NCBI GenBank assembly: GCA_023248155.1
Contig: JAHFFE010000003.1
Location: forward strand, 108 to 64,107
Length of the DNA: 64,000 bases
Source: Candidatus Omnitrophota bacterium
GTDB taxonomy: Bacteria > Omnitrophota > Gorgyraeia > 1-14-0-20-64-10
Direction of reading: 5' to 3'
Position 1 is the first letter of the stretch; the number at the start of each line of letters is the position of its first letter. The position numbers and the translations under genes are program-made. The notes under the pieces were generated by a model that did not search any database, had not been told where the DNA came from, and was given only the letters and a program-made list of their open reading frames with translations. Shown here in pieces: positions 1-9,581 of this stretch.

Positions 1-355
1 TCGGGCATGGGACCCGTGGACACGCTAGGAATGGACTACCCATTCCGTCGCTCTGTCTGCGGCCTTGCCGAGAAACAATTCGATTCGGCCTTCGCCAAGG
101 TCCACTTGCCCCATATCCCGACCCGCCTCTTACCAAACAGACGCTTGAGCTAGAGTGAGAGCCACGAAGGGGTTTGCTCTCCGCACCGTGAAGAGCCCGA
201 ACGGCCATGGTGTCCCGCGTTCTTTAGCGGGACGAGTGAGGGCGAAACCCGGAGTGAGGCGAGCACGGTGGAGCGAGACGAACGATGCGGGAGCAAGACC
301 CCTTTGCGGCGATCGAGTAATGGTAGATGCCCGAGCCGACTCTAGAACAGAGAAG

Positions 356-832
356 TTAAGCGGAGCGGGAGTAGGTGATGAAGGAGTGCGGGAGCGGGTC
401 GGAGAGGTGGTCTTCGCGGGCAGTTTCTTTCCAGCCGGTCTTGTCCCACTTGAAAAAGGTATCGCCCTCAAAATCTTTATGGATTAATGTGAGCTCGATT
501 TTATCGGCCAGCGGAAGTGCCTGTTCAAACAGTGTTGCACCGCCGATGATGAAAGCTTTCGGTTCATTCTCACAGATCAACAGCGCTTTTTCCAAAGAGG
601 AAGCGTTTACCGCACCGCAGCAGGCAAAATCTTTTTGATGCGTGACCACGATGTTGGTGCGGCCCGGCAGCGGTTTGCCGATCGATTCAAATGTTTTGCG
701 TCCCATGATAATCGGATGGCCCATCGTCAGCTGTTTGAACCGCTTTAAATCTTCGGGCAGGCGCCAGGGCAGCTGGCCGTTTTTGCCGATCACGCCGTTT
801 TGGGAGACTGCGACTATAAATGAAACGGTCAT
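356..832 (-). CDS. folA: dihydrofolate reductase
   Basis: 158-aa ORF with a DHFR-like N-terminus ([50 protein letters not shown]). Its start overlaps the thyA stop by 4 nt. Confidence 0.9.
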   Translation of the reverse strand: MTVSFIVAVSQNGVIGKNGQLPWRLPEDLKRFKQLTMGHPIIMGRKTFESIGKPLPGRTNIVVTHQKDFACCGAVNASSLEKALLICENEPKAFIIGGATLFEQALPLADKIELTLIHKDFEGDTFFKWDKTGWKETAREDHLSDPLPHSFITYSRSA

Positions 833-1623
833 ACGGCGATGGGGGCTGAGATGACCGGGTGGAACTGGTAATTTTCCAGAGTGAAATCTTCAAATTTAAA
901 AGCAAAGATCGATTTTACGGCAGGATTCAGTTTCATCGTCGGCAACGGGTACGGTTCGCGCGACAACTGCAGCCGTGCCTGCTCCAGATGATTGGAGTAA
1001 AGGTGGACGTCGCCAAACGAATGAATAAATTCGCCCGGTTTGAGGCCGCAGACCTGGGCCACCATCATCGTTAATAAGGAATACGACGCGATATTAAACG
1101 GCACGCCCAGAAAAACATCGGCGCTGCGCTGGTAAAGTTGGCATGACAGTTTGCCATCGGCCACATAAAACTGGAACAGGCAGTGGCAGGGGGGCAGTTT
1201 CATTTTGTCGACATCAGCCGGGTTCCATGCCGAGACAATCAGCCGGCGCGAATCAGGCCTGGTTTTAATCAGGGTGATCAACTCGCTGATCTGGTCGATC
1301 TTGCGCCCATCGGGGGCGGGCCAGCTGCGCCACTGGTAACCATAGACCGGGCCAAGTTCTCCCTGCGGATCGGCCCAGTCATCCCAGATCGAAACGCCGT
1401 TTTCCTTTAAATACTTAATATTCGTCTCGCCGCGCAAAAACCAGAGCAGTTCATGGATCACCGACTTGGTATGGATCTTCTTGGTGGTCACTAAAGGGAA
1501 GCCGTCGGCCAGGTTAAACCGCATCTGGTAGCCGAAAACGCTTAAGGTTCCGGTTCCGGTCCGGTCAGTTTTTTGGGTGCCGTGCTCCAAAACATGGCGC
1601 AGTAATTGCAGATAAGCTTTCAT
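829..1623 (-). CDS. thyA: thymidylate synthase
   Basis: ThyA-like sequence ([36 protein letters not shown]...). I prefer the internal ATG at 1623 (MKAYLQ) over the ORF-track start at 1647. Confidence 0.9.
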   Translation of the reverse strand: MKAYLQLLRHVLEHGTQKTDRTGTGTLSVFGYQMRFNLADGFPLVTTKKIHTKSVIHELLWFLRGETNIKYLKENGVSIWDDWADPQGELGPVYGYQWRSWPAPDGRKIDQISELITLIKTRPDSRRLIVSAWNPADVDKMKLPPCHCLFQFYVADGKLSCQLYQRSADVFLGVPFNIASYSLLTMMVAQVCGLKPGEFIHSFGDVHLYSNHLEQARLQLSREPYPLPTMKLNPAVKSIFAFKFEDFTLENYQFHPVISAPIAV

Positions 1624-1717
1624 AACGCTTTGTATTATACAGGGCAAAAGCGATACGAATCTTAATTTTATGCAATAAGTTCAACTCTCAGGTATACTTC
1701 CTTTGCAAGGTAAAACA

Positions 1718-4700
1718 ATGGCCCAACTACTAATAAAGCGAAGAGGTTTTTTTAGGCGGGTGTTCTTTTTATTTACTCGCTTATTAAGCATTTTGCTTAT
1801 GGGTATATCGCTTGCGCCGCATCTTTTTGCCTATTCGAGCATTCCAGATAATAACGAATGGAATTACAACAATCTCAGGGCGCAGTCTCCATCTGAGACG
1901 GGTTTTGAGGAAAGGATTCGAAAAGAGATCTCTTCCCGTTCTGGCCCCATGGATGCTGCTGGCATGGAGGAGAATCCCTCTTTCTCTTTAGAAAAACCAA
2001 AATTCCCTCGCCTGCACGCGTTACTTCAGCGGGTTAATGAAGAGTTGGAGAAGAGAATTGCTGTTGCTTCCGGTTATGGGAAGATGGCCGAGAAGATGGA
2101 GATTTCTCAAAAGGCTTTAGACAAGGCATCTGATTATGTTGCTTTGCAGAGGCGGTTCCAAGAAGAAATAATGCCGTTTCAGTCTGATCCTGCTGGTTTT
2201 CGGAGATTTCTGGCTGGGCAGGAGTTGCCTCCCTCTGATGTTCTGGAAGAAGCCCGCCGACGTATTGTTCAAAACTCGGAAAACAGACTTCGTGAAACAG
2301 ACATTCTTTTTATAGATAGATCAAACTCATTGATCTGGGCTTTGGCAGGAGCGCTTGAGCCATATTCCATGGAGGCTGAGGATAATGGCGTGTTGTTACA
2401 GGTTGAGGACGCGCAAGGAACTCCTCGGCGATTGGGAGTGATTGCTTACGATGCTGATCGCAGCGATTTTTGGACCCTTCGAGCGTTGGTGCATGAGACA
2501 GGAAATACCCATATCTTGGAATGGGATAGTGCTGGACAGGATCCTCTGCAGGAATGGCTGATCGAGGGGCAGCAACAGTTTTCCGAGTTTGACACGATAA
2601 TGTCTTTCGCCCGCGAACAGAATGATTTCGGAAATGAGGTCCGCTCTCTTATAGAAGAAGCGCATGAGTCAATGCTTTCCGAAGCTGATATGCTCGATGA
2701 TATAGATGACACTGGCAATTTTGACTTTGAGCTCGATGACTCCCCAACCGTTCCCGATCGCATATCGCTTGAAGACAAGTTAAAATGGTTGTTGGAATCT
2801 ACCAATCCTTATGTTGAGAGATCTCGATTGGTTGGCCAACTTAATAATCTGATTGGTGTAGAAACTGTCTACCGGATTGTGTTAACGCGGAAACCGGAAG
2901 ATCTCTTAAAAGAACCCGCAATAGGGCCTCATCGTTATAATGCCCTCCGAATACTGGCGGATGCAATGCCTGCATTTAACCAAAAATATCGTGCGCGAGC
3001 CTATGGTTTTAGCGGTGAGATGTACGAACGGTTTTTGATAAATTTCGGGATAAGCGCGGTGTTGAATAATTACGAATATAACGAAGAGAGCACCCCTCGC
3101 TTAAAAGAATTTATCGAAATTGTCATGCCGTTTTTTCGTAGATTTGACGGAACATTGGCTGTTTTATTTGGGGGAGACAATGATGATCAGCTAAGCATAG
3201 TGGTGCGGGGGATTATTTTATTTGGAGAGGAGTATATGCAAGGGCGGCTGTCACGAGAGAGTATTGAGGAGTGGGTTCCGAGACTATTCAATAGCGCTGT
3301 TCGCTCTGGGAGAAAATTCGCTGATGATATGGTGGATGAAGCAGTCAATTCCGAAAGGCAGATCAGAGAGCTCGTCTCTGCCGCAGGGAAATCATCCGGG
3401 CCGATTCCCGGATGGCCAACGGGTGCGCCTCAGATAGAAGCCAGGGTATTTCGCAAATTTTTACCTTTACGCGAATTACCTCTAAAGCTGGATGGGCCAG
3501 GTGTCCACTCGCCCGAAATTATTGATATGTCGTTTAAGCCGGAAGAAAACGACAGGATTGCGGTAGCGACTTCAGGCGGAACGGTTACCATGTGGAACGC
3601 TGATGCAGGAACCGTTTTTTGGACACAACAGCTGCCCTTTGGAGAAATAACGCATCTGGTATTTGATCCAACCAGAAAGCTTCAGATTGGTTTTCCAGGG
3701 AATGTTTTCTTTATGATGTCAAGACAATGGAGTAGGTTGATAACATTGGAGCCGAAAGGCCATTGGGATCATTCTTGGGATAATTTGGACTCAGCATCAT
3801 TAATTATAACGCCATTGGTGGATGATAATGGCTTCCCGGTTTCTGCTGTTATAAGCGGCCTTTCTATCCACCCCGAAGGCCGTTCCCAGATAGTCGTGAG
3901 TTCTTCCTCTGGAGACGGCGCGTTTCTTGTAGATCCTAGGGACGGCAGTACTAAAACTCTAAAAATTCCCGATAAAACCATTCGGCAGATTGTCTATAAT
4001 TCTGATGGTAAGTGGTTTGTCGCGACGACATCAGCAGGAACCGCTCACATATTGACAGGGAACGGGTTTTTGCCTGTCAGGAATATAGAAATGGGTAATC
4101 CACCAGATCTTTCTGATGCTGTTTTTGATAATGATCGCAGCCGCATGGCTGTTGCGGAAGGTTCAGATGTTAAGATTTGGAACCTCGCTGACAGCAATAA
4201 GGTTGAGCAAAAATCCGCGTTTGGGGGTCGAGTGACAGGATTGACATTTAATCCGAGCGGGGCTTTGCTTGCGGTAGCACGAGAAGATTCCGGCAAAGCC
4301 CATGTTCAAATTTTAGATGCGGCTACCGGGTCGTTGTTGCAGGACCTATCGGCAGGGAACGGAGAAGTTAAAGTTATTCGATTCAGCTATGATGGAAAAA
4401 TTTTGGCGGTTGCGAATCCTCAGGGGGGTATTCAATTGTGGAAGCAATCAGGGCTCGAGGAATCTCGTCTGGTGGAGCAATGGGAGGGGATGCGTTCATC
4501 GGCCGATTCTCTTAGAACGGTCGTGGTGGGTCCCTCGATCGCACGCCAGTTTCCGGCCTTGGAACGGTTGGCGCGGCTGGCTTATCCGCAGATTTTTCTT
4601 GAAGGGGTAAATCGGCTGGATACGATCATTTCGCTGGGTGCCGCCGATATTGATTCCGTTATCTATTACGGTTCGGAGGAAGAAGCGGCCGCTTTCGCGA

Positions 4701-4870
4701 GCGTTGCGGGTGAAGCATTATCGGTTCTCGCGGTAACCCCGGTTCGGTCGAACCTCTTCTTTGTTCAGTTAATGGAAATCTTGAACCAGGTTGGCGTTGA
4801 CCCAGTTGCGTTGTCGAATTCCCTCGAGCGGTTTATTCAGGAGCTTGCCTCGTCCGGCGTTGCCGCGTAA
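1718..4870 (+). CDS. large membrane-anchored protein with C-terminal WD40-like beta-propeller repeats; function unknown
   Basis: 1050-aa ORF. A hydrophobic N-terminal helix (FFLFTRLLSILLMGISLAPHLFAYS) is followed by a long acidic/helical region and then repeats ending in W-N/W-K (VTMWNADAGTVFWTQ, VKIWNLADSN, IQLWKQSG). The ATG at 1718 follows an aagg RBS-like motif. GC looks lower than in the flanking genes. Confidence 0.6.
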   Translation: MAQLLIKRRGFFRRVFFLFTRLLSILLMGISLAPHLFAYSSIPDNNEWNYNNLRAQSPSETGFEERIRKEISSRSGPMDAAGMEENPSFSLEKPKFPRLHALLQRVNEELEKRIAVASGYGKMAEKMEISQKALDKASDYVALQRRFQEEIMPFQSDPAGFRRFLAGQELPPSDVLEEARRRIVQNSENRLRETDILFIDRSNSLIWALAGALEPYSMEAEDNGVLLQVEDAQGTPRRLGVIAYDADRSDFWTLRALVHETGNTHILEWDSAGQDPLQEWLIEGQQQFSEFDTIMSFAREQNDFGNEVRSLIEEAHESMLSEADMLDDIDDTGNFDFELDDSPTVPDRISLEDKLKWLLESTNPYVERSRLVGQLNNLIGVETVYRIVLTRKPEDLLKEPAIGPHRYNALRILADAMPAFNQKYRARAYGFSGEMYERFLINFGISAVLNNYEYNEESTPRLKEFIEIVMPFFRRFDGTLAVLFGGDNDDQLSIVVRGIILFGEEYMQGRLSRESIEEWVPRLFNSAVRSGRKFADDMVDEAVNSERQIRELVSAAGKSSGPIPGWPTGAPQIEARVFRKFLPLRELPLKLDGPGVHSPEIIDMSFKPEENDRIAVATSGGTVTMWNADAGTVFWTQQLPFGEITHLVFDPTRKLQIGFPGNVFFMMSRQWSRLITLEPKGHWDHSWDNLDSASLIITPLVDDNGFPVSAVISGLSIHPEGRSQIVVSSSSGDGAFLVDPRDGSTKTLKIPDKTIRQIVYNSDGKWFVATTSAGTAHILTGNGFLPVRNIEMGNPPDLSDAVFDNDRSRMAVAEGSDVKIWNLADSNKVEQKSAFGGRVTGLTFNPSGALLAVAREDSGKAHVQILDAATGSLLQDLSAGNGEVKVIRFSYDGKILAVANPQGGIQLWKQSGLEESRLVEQWEGMRSSADSLRTVVVGPSIARQFPALERLARLAYPQIFLEGVNRLDTIISLGAADIDSVIYYGSEEEAAAFASVAGEALSVLAVTPVRSNLFFVQLMEILNQVGVDPVALSNSLERFIQELASSGVAA

Positions 4871-4936
4871 TCGCTGCCGGTTCTTGTAATCATGTATCCT
4901 GCGTGTTAAAATTATTGATTCACCTCACTCCTTGTT

Positions 4937-5290
4937 ATGATTGAATACGCCGGAATCTTAATTATGTTCTTACTCGCTGCGCTGCTAGGCGCGGCGTTTA
5001 TTGTACTGGCCAGCACGCTGGGCCCGAAGAAGCCGTCTGCCGTCAAATCCGAGGCATTCGAGTGCGGCGAAAAGGCCTTTTCGATGCCGACGGGCCGGTT
5101 TGCCGTGAAATTCTACCTGGTTGGAATGCTGTTCATCCTCTTCGATGTGGAAATGGTTTTTCTTTTACCGTGGGCGGTTGTTTGCCGCCAGCTGGGCACG
5201 CGCGGTTTCGTTGAAATGCTGATCTTTTTGGGATTGGTGATGGTCGGGTTTGTTTACGCCTGGAAAAAGGGCGCGTTTAATTGGGAATAA
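4937..5290 (+). CDS. nuoA: NADH-quinone oxidoreductase subunit A
   Basis: 117 aa with three TM helices and the motif FECGEKAF...FYLVGMLFILFDVEMVFLLPW. Confidence 0.9.
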   Translation: MIEYAGILIMFLLAALLGAAFIVLASTLGPKKPSAVKSEAFECGEKAFSMPTGRFAVKFYLVGMLFILFDVEMVFLLPWAVVCRQLGTRGFVEMLIFLGLVMVGFVYAWKKGAFNWE

Positions 5291-5299
5291 GAGGCAACC

Positions 5300-5815
5300 A
5301 TGTTCGCCGGTGAAAATTTTATAACAAGTAAACTGGATGACGCGATCGGCTGGTGCCGTAAGTTTTCGCTGTTCCAGTATCCGTTCGTGACCGCCTGCTG
5401 CGGTATGGAATATATGGCGACCGCCTGTTCCCATTACGATGTCGACCGTTTCGGCGCCGGATTCCCGCGCTTTTCGCCGCGCCAGGCCGATGTATTATTT
5501 GTCGTCGGTACGATCAGCCACAAAATGGCGCCGGTGCTCAAGCGGATTTGCGACCAGATGGCCGAGCCCAAATGGATCGTGGCGTTCGGCGTTTGCACCT
5601 GCACGGGCGGTTTTTACGATAATTACGCGACGGTGCAGGGAATCGATACGATCGTTCCGGTTGATGTGTATATCCCAGGCTGCCCGCCGCGCCCCGAGAA
5701 TGTGCTCGATGGCTTGATCAAATTGCAGGACCGTATCCAGCAGCAGCATGGCACCGGCATCCGGCCGGTCTTAACCCCAGAAGATAGAGCTCGTGAACGT
5801 TCCTTTACTGTCTGA
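5300..5815 (+). CDS. nuoB: NADH-quinone oxidoreductase subunit B
   Basis: N2-cluster cysteine motifs (CCGMEYMA ... GVCTCTGG ... PGCPP). Confidence 0.9.
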   Translation: MFAGENFITSKLDDAIGWCRKFSLFQYPFVTACCGMEYMATACSHYDVDRFGAGFPRFSPRQADVLFVVGTISHKMAPVLKRICDQMAEPKWIVAFGVCTCTGGFYDNYATVQGIDTIVPVDVYIPGCPPRPENVLDGLIKLQDRIQQQHGTGIRPVLTPEDRARERSFTV

Positions 5816-6377
5816 TCAGATTAAATCCAAATTCCCGGATGCCGTGATTGCCGCGCATCAGTATCGCGGCGATGACACGGTCACGATCCGCCCCGAATCG
5901 ATCGTTCGCGTGGCGCAAACGCTGCGCGATGATCCGGCATTTCAGATGAATCTGCTGATGGATCTGACCGCTGTGGATTATTCGAAATTCGCCCAGGAGC
6001 CGCAGGGCAAGGGCGGCCATATCAACGCCGGCATCGCCTTGAAACAGCCGTCCGATATTCCCGATGCTAATCCCTGGCCGGGACCGGCAACGCAGGCCCG
6101 TTTCGAAGTGGTCTATCATTTTGTCTCTCTTCCGTTGAAGCACCGTCTGCGCGTCAAGGTTCCCGTTGAAGAATCCAAGCCGGAAATCGATTCGATCTCC
6201 GCGTTGTGGGGCGGGGCCAACTGGTTTGAGCGCGAAGTCTGGGACATGTTCGGCATCCGGTTCACCGGCCATCCGAACCTGAAACGAATTTTGATGTACG
6301 CACAATTTGAGGGACATCCGCTCCGCAAAGATTATCCTGTGACTCAGCGCCAGCCGCTGATCGGCCCGAACAATTAA
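5793..6377 (+). CDS. nuoC: NADH-quinone oxidoreductase subunit C
   Basis: 30-kDa-subunit motifs ([33 protein letters not shown]). GTG start overlapping the nuoB end. Confidence 0.85.
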   Translation: MNVPLLSDQIKSKFPDAVIAAHQYRGDDTVTIRPESIVRVAQTLRDDPAFQMNLLMDLTAVDYSKFAQEPQGKGGHINAGIALKQPSDIPDANPWPGPATQARFEVVYHFVSLPLKHRLRVKVPVEESKPEIDSISALWGGANWFEREVWDMFGIRFTGHPNLKRILMYAQFEGHPLRKDYPVTQRQPLIGPNN

Positions 6378-6378
6378 A

Positions 6379-7773
6379 GTGGAACAACCGCAAAAAACAG
6401 TACAGCAGCAATTGGAAACGGCCACCCGGTCGTACGATCCGAATACCGGACTTGAGACGCGCGATATGCTGCTCAACATCGGTCCGTCGCATCCGGCCAT
6501 GCACGGCATCATCCGCATCGTTGCCAAGCTTGACGGGGAAACGCTCAAGGATATCGATGTTGAAATCGGCTACCTGCACCGCGCCTTCGAAAAAATGTCC
6601 GAAACGGTCAGCTACAACGGCGTGATGCCGTATACCGACCGGCTCAACTATGTTTCTCCGCTGATCAACAACATGGGCTACTGCATGGCCATCGAGAAAC
6701 TGCTCGATCTGCCGGTGTCCGAGCGCGCGCATTATATCCGCGTGATCATGTCCGAGATTTCCCGCGTCACCGACCATTTAACCTGCGTCGGCGCCAGCGC
6801 CATGGAGTTGGGGGCCTTTACCGTCTTCCTTTATATGATCAAGGCGCGCGAATATCTCTGGGAATTAGTGGAAGTAGTCACCGGCGCTCGTTTAACAATT
6901 TCTTACTGCCGCGTCGGTGGTTTAAAGAGCGACCTGCCGGAAGGTTTCGCCGAAAAAACGCATGCCGCGTTTGCCGAGGTGCGCAAGGTTCTGGTTGAAG
7001 TCGATCAGCTGATCACGCGCAACCGGATTTTCTTCGACCGCATGAAGGGAACCGGCAAGATCTCCAAAGAAGACGCGCTTTCGTATGGAATGACCGGTCC
7101 GTTTCTGCGTTCGACCGGTGTCAATTATGATGTGCGCAAAGATTTCCCGTACGCGATCTACGATCAGGTGAAATTCGAGGTTCCGCTGGGAACTTCCGGC
7201 GACAACCTCGACCGCTACTATGTCCGCATGGAAGAGATGGAACAGTCGATGCGGATCGTCGAGCAGTGCCTCAAGCAGATTCCGGGCGGTCCGGTGGCGG
7301 TTGATCCGCAGACCGGTAAGCCGATGGAAGCGTCTGAAATGGTCGACCGCGCCAAGATGGGCCAGATCGACAAGATCACCGACAAGATTGCCATTACCGA
7401 TCCGACGCTCGAAGGTTCCGATTCACGCGTGCACGATAAAATTCTGGTTTCCGAGAAGCGCGTTTCGTTGCCGGCAAAAGAAGATACCTACGGCAACATC
7501 GAAGGATTGATGAACCACTTTAAACTGGTGATGTTCGGCCATGGCATCCGTCCGCCGAAGGGCGAAGTCTATTTCCCGGTCGAAGGGGCCAACGGCGAGC
7601 TTGGTTTTTATGTCGTCAGCGACGGAACCGATAAAGCGTACCGTGTGCGCGTCCGTCCGCCGTGCTTTACGATTATGTCCGGTCTGCATAAATTATTGGT
7701 GGGCGAGCAGATGGCTGATATGGTTCCCACATTTGGTTCCGTCAATATGATCGGCGGAGAGCTCGACCGCTAA
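6379..7773 (+). CDS. nuoD: NADH-quinone oxidoreductase subunit D
   Basis: 49-kDa subunit (NIGPSHPAMHGIIR ... ends IGGELDR). GTG start; TAATG overlap with the next gene. Confidence 0.9.
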   Translation: MEQPQKTVQQQLETATRSYDPNTGLETRDMLLNIGPSHPAMHGIIRIVAKLDGETLKDIDVEIGYLHRAFEKMSETVSYNGVMPYTDRLNYVSPLINNMGYCMAIEKLLDLPVSERAHYIRVIMSEISRVTDHLTCVGASAMELGAFTVFLYMIKAREYLWELVEVVTGARLTISYCRVGGLKSDLPEGFAEKTHAAFAEVRKVLVEVDQLITRNRIFFDRMKGTGKISKEDALSYGMTGPFLRSTGVNYDVRKDFPYAIYDQVKFEVPLGTSGDNLDRYYVRMEEMEQSMRIVEQCLKQIPGGPVAVDPQTGKPMEASEMVDRAKMGQIDKITDKIAITDPTLEGSDSRVHDKILVSEKRVSLPAKEDTYGNIEGLMNHFKLVMFGHGIRPPKGEVYFPVEGANGELGFYVVSDGTDKAYRVRVRPPCFTIMSGLHKLLVGEQMADMVPTFGSVNMIGGELDR

Positions 7774-9581
7774 TGCAGAACTTTGATTTTACGAAATTAG
7801 AGGCGAAGGCCGCTGAAATCCTGGGCCGCTACGAAGAGAAGCGGGCCGCCACATTGCCGCTGCTCTGGCTGGTTCAGGAAACATTCGGCCATATTCCGCC
7901 GGAAGGCGAGGCCTGGGTCGGACAGAAGGTCGACAAGAGCATCGCCCATGTGCGCGAGGTCGTTTCGTTCTACACCCTTTATCACACGCAGCCGATCGGC
8001 AAACAGCATATTCAGGTCTGTGTTTCCACGCCCTGCATGCTGCGCGGCGCCAAGAAAGTAATCGCCCAGCTCGAAGAAAAATTGGGCATCGGCGTCGGGC
8101 AGACCACGCGCGACGGCAAAATCACTCTTTCAACGGTTGAATGTCTCTGTGCCTGTGAATCGGCGCCCATGGCGCAGGTGAATGATGATTACACCGGTAT
8201 TCTTGATGCCGCTGCGATTGATTCATTGGTCAAGCAGGCAACGCAATCCCCCGAAAAGCCGGTTCAATTACCCGAGCCGACGGCCTATATTGCCACCGAC
8301 GGCCCCGTCATCTCCCAGCGGTTCAAGAATGTGAACGGAACCTGGTTTGATGCGTATGTCGCCGACGGCGGTTATCAGGGCGCCAAGAAAGCGCTCGGCA
8401 TGCAGCCCCAGCAGATCATCGATGAAGTGATCAAATCCAATTTGCGCGGTTTGGGTGGCGCCGGTTTCCCGACGGGTAAGAAATGGAGTTTTATCCCGAA
8501 GGACAATCCGAAACCGAAATATCTGGTGGTCAACGCCGACGAGGGCGAACCCGGAACTTTTAAAGACCGTTATATTCTTGAGCGCGATCCGCACGCGTTA
8601 ATCGAAGGAATGATTATCGCCGCCTTTGCGATCGGTTCGCACAAGGCCTACATCTATATTCGCGGCGAATATGTCCGCTCAATCGAGCGAACCAATAAAG
8701 CGGTTGCCGAAGCGTATGCCAAAGGCTGGCTCGGCAAGAATATTCAGGGCAGTGGGTTTGATCTCGACATTGTCGTGCACCGCGGCGCCGGCGCTTACAT
8801 CTGCGGCGAAGAAACCGCGCTCTTAAGTTCACTCGAAGGCAGTAAAGGTTTTCCAAAATTAAAGCCGCCGTTCCCGGCGATCTCCGGTTTATTTAAATCA
8901 CCGACGATCGTCAACAATGTGGAAACGCTGGCATCGGTCTCGCATATTCTGCGCAACGGCGCCGAGTGGTACGCCAAAATCGGTACCGCCAAGCAGGGCG
9001 GCACGCGGTTATTCAGCGTCTCGGGCCATGTGGTTCGCCCCGGTGTTTATGAAGCGCCGGTCAGCGTGACACTGCGCGACTTGATCTACAAATATGGGCA
9101 GGGAATTCCCGGCGGCAAGAAATTGAAGGCCGTCGTTCCGGGCGGTATCTCAGCCAAGATTTTACGCGCCGATGAAATTGATGTGGCGATGGACTTTGAT
9201 TCGCTCATGGCGGTTGGTACGATGGCCGGTTCCGGCGGTGTGATCGTAATGGATGAAACCACCTGTATGGTCGACGCGCTGAAAGCGGCGTCACACTTTT
9301 TCGCCGATGAGTCATGCGGGCAGTGCTCGCCGTGCCGCGAAGGATCGGGCTGGTTGTTTAAGATGGTCAGCCGCGTTTCCAGAGGCCAGGGCAAGACCGA
9401 CGATATTCCAAACATGCTCACCACGGCTGCAGCGATGGAAGGCAAGACCATCTGTGTGTTTGCCGACGCGGCTGCCTGGCCGGTGCAGAGCTACATCAAT
9501 AAATTCCGTTCCGAGTTTGATCATCATATCGCCACCGGCAAGTGCGATATCGCGCAAACAACAGCCAAGGTTTCTGTCTGA
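7773..9581 (+). CDS. nuoEF: fused NADH-quinone oxidoreductase subunits E and F
   Basis: 602 aa. The N-terminal ~170 aa are NuoE-like with the 2Fe-2S motif (CVSTPC ... CLCAC). The remainder is NuoF with the FMN site (GLGGAGFPTGKKW), an NADH site (GEPGTFKDR) and the 4Fe-4S motif (ESCGQCSPCREG). Confidence 0.85.
   Translation: MQNFDFTKLEAKAAEILGRYEEKRAATLPLLWLVQETFGHIPPEGEAWVGQKVDKSIAHVREVVSFYTLYHTQPIGKQHIQVCVSTPCMLRGAKKVIAQLEEKLGIGVGQTTRDGKITLSTVECLCACESAPMAQVNDDYTGILDAAAIDSLVKQATQSPEKPVQLPEPTAYIATDGPVISQRFKNVNGTWFDAYVADGGYQGAKKALGMQPQQIIDEVIKSNLRGLGGAGFPTGKKWSFIPKDNPKPKYLVVNADEGEPGTFKDRYILERDPHALIEGMIIAAFAIGSHKAYIYIRGEYVRSIERTNKAVAEAYAKGWLGKNIQGSGFDLDIVVHRGAGAYICGEETALLSSLEGSKGFPKLKPPFPAISGLFKSPTIVNNVETLASVSHILRNGAEWYAKIGTAKQGGTRLFSVSGHVVRPGVYEAPVSVTLRDLIYKYGQGIPGGKKLKAVVPGGISAKILRADEIDVAMDFDSLMAVGTMAGSGGVIVMDETTCMVDALKAASHFFADESCGQCSPCREGSGWLFKMVSRVSRGQGKTDDIPNMLTTAAAMEGKTICVFADAAAWPVQSYINKFRSEFDHHIATGKCDIAQTTAKVSV

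Noticed and set aside
1-355. Possible RNase P RNA / tmRNA / riboswitch in the GC-rich stretch left of folA
   Set aside because: Universally conserved cores (e.g. GGAAAGTCCGG of RNase P RNA, the tRNA-like CCA end of tmRNA) are absent on both strands. Only generic hairpins are present.
130-487. ORFs 130..471(-) and 155..487(+) from the six-frame track
   Set aside because: They overlap each other and the well-supported folA CDS in other frames. GC-rich DNA yields long spurious ORFs, and they have no recognisable protein features.
5805-6777. Long antisense ORFs inside nuoC/nuoD (5805..6548-, 6262..6777-), and similar ones inside nuoG, nuoL, nuoN, sdhA, the giant gene, etc.
   Set aside because: They are opposite to, or out of frame with, genes carrying unambiguous conserved motifs. 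Arg/Ala/Pro-rich translations are typical of high-GC antisense artefacts.
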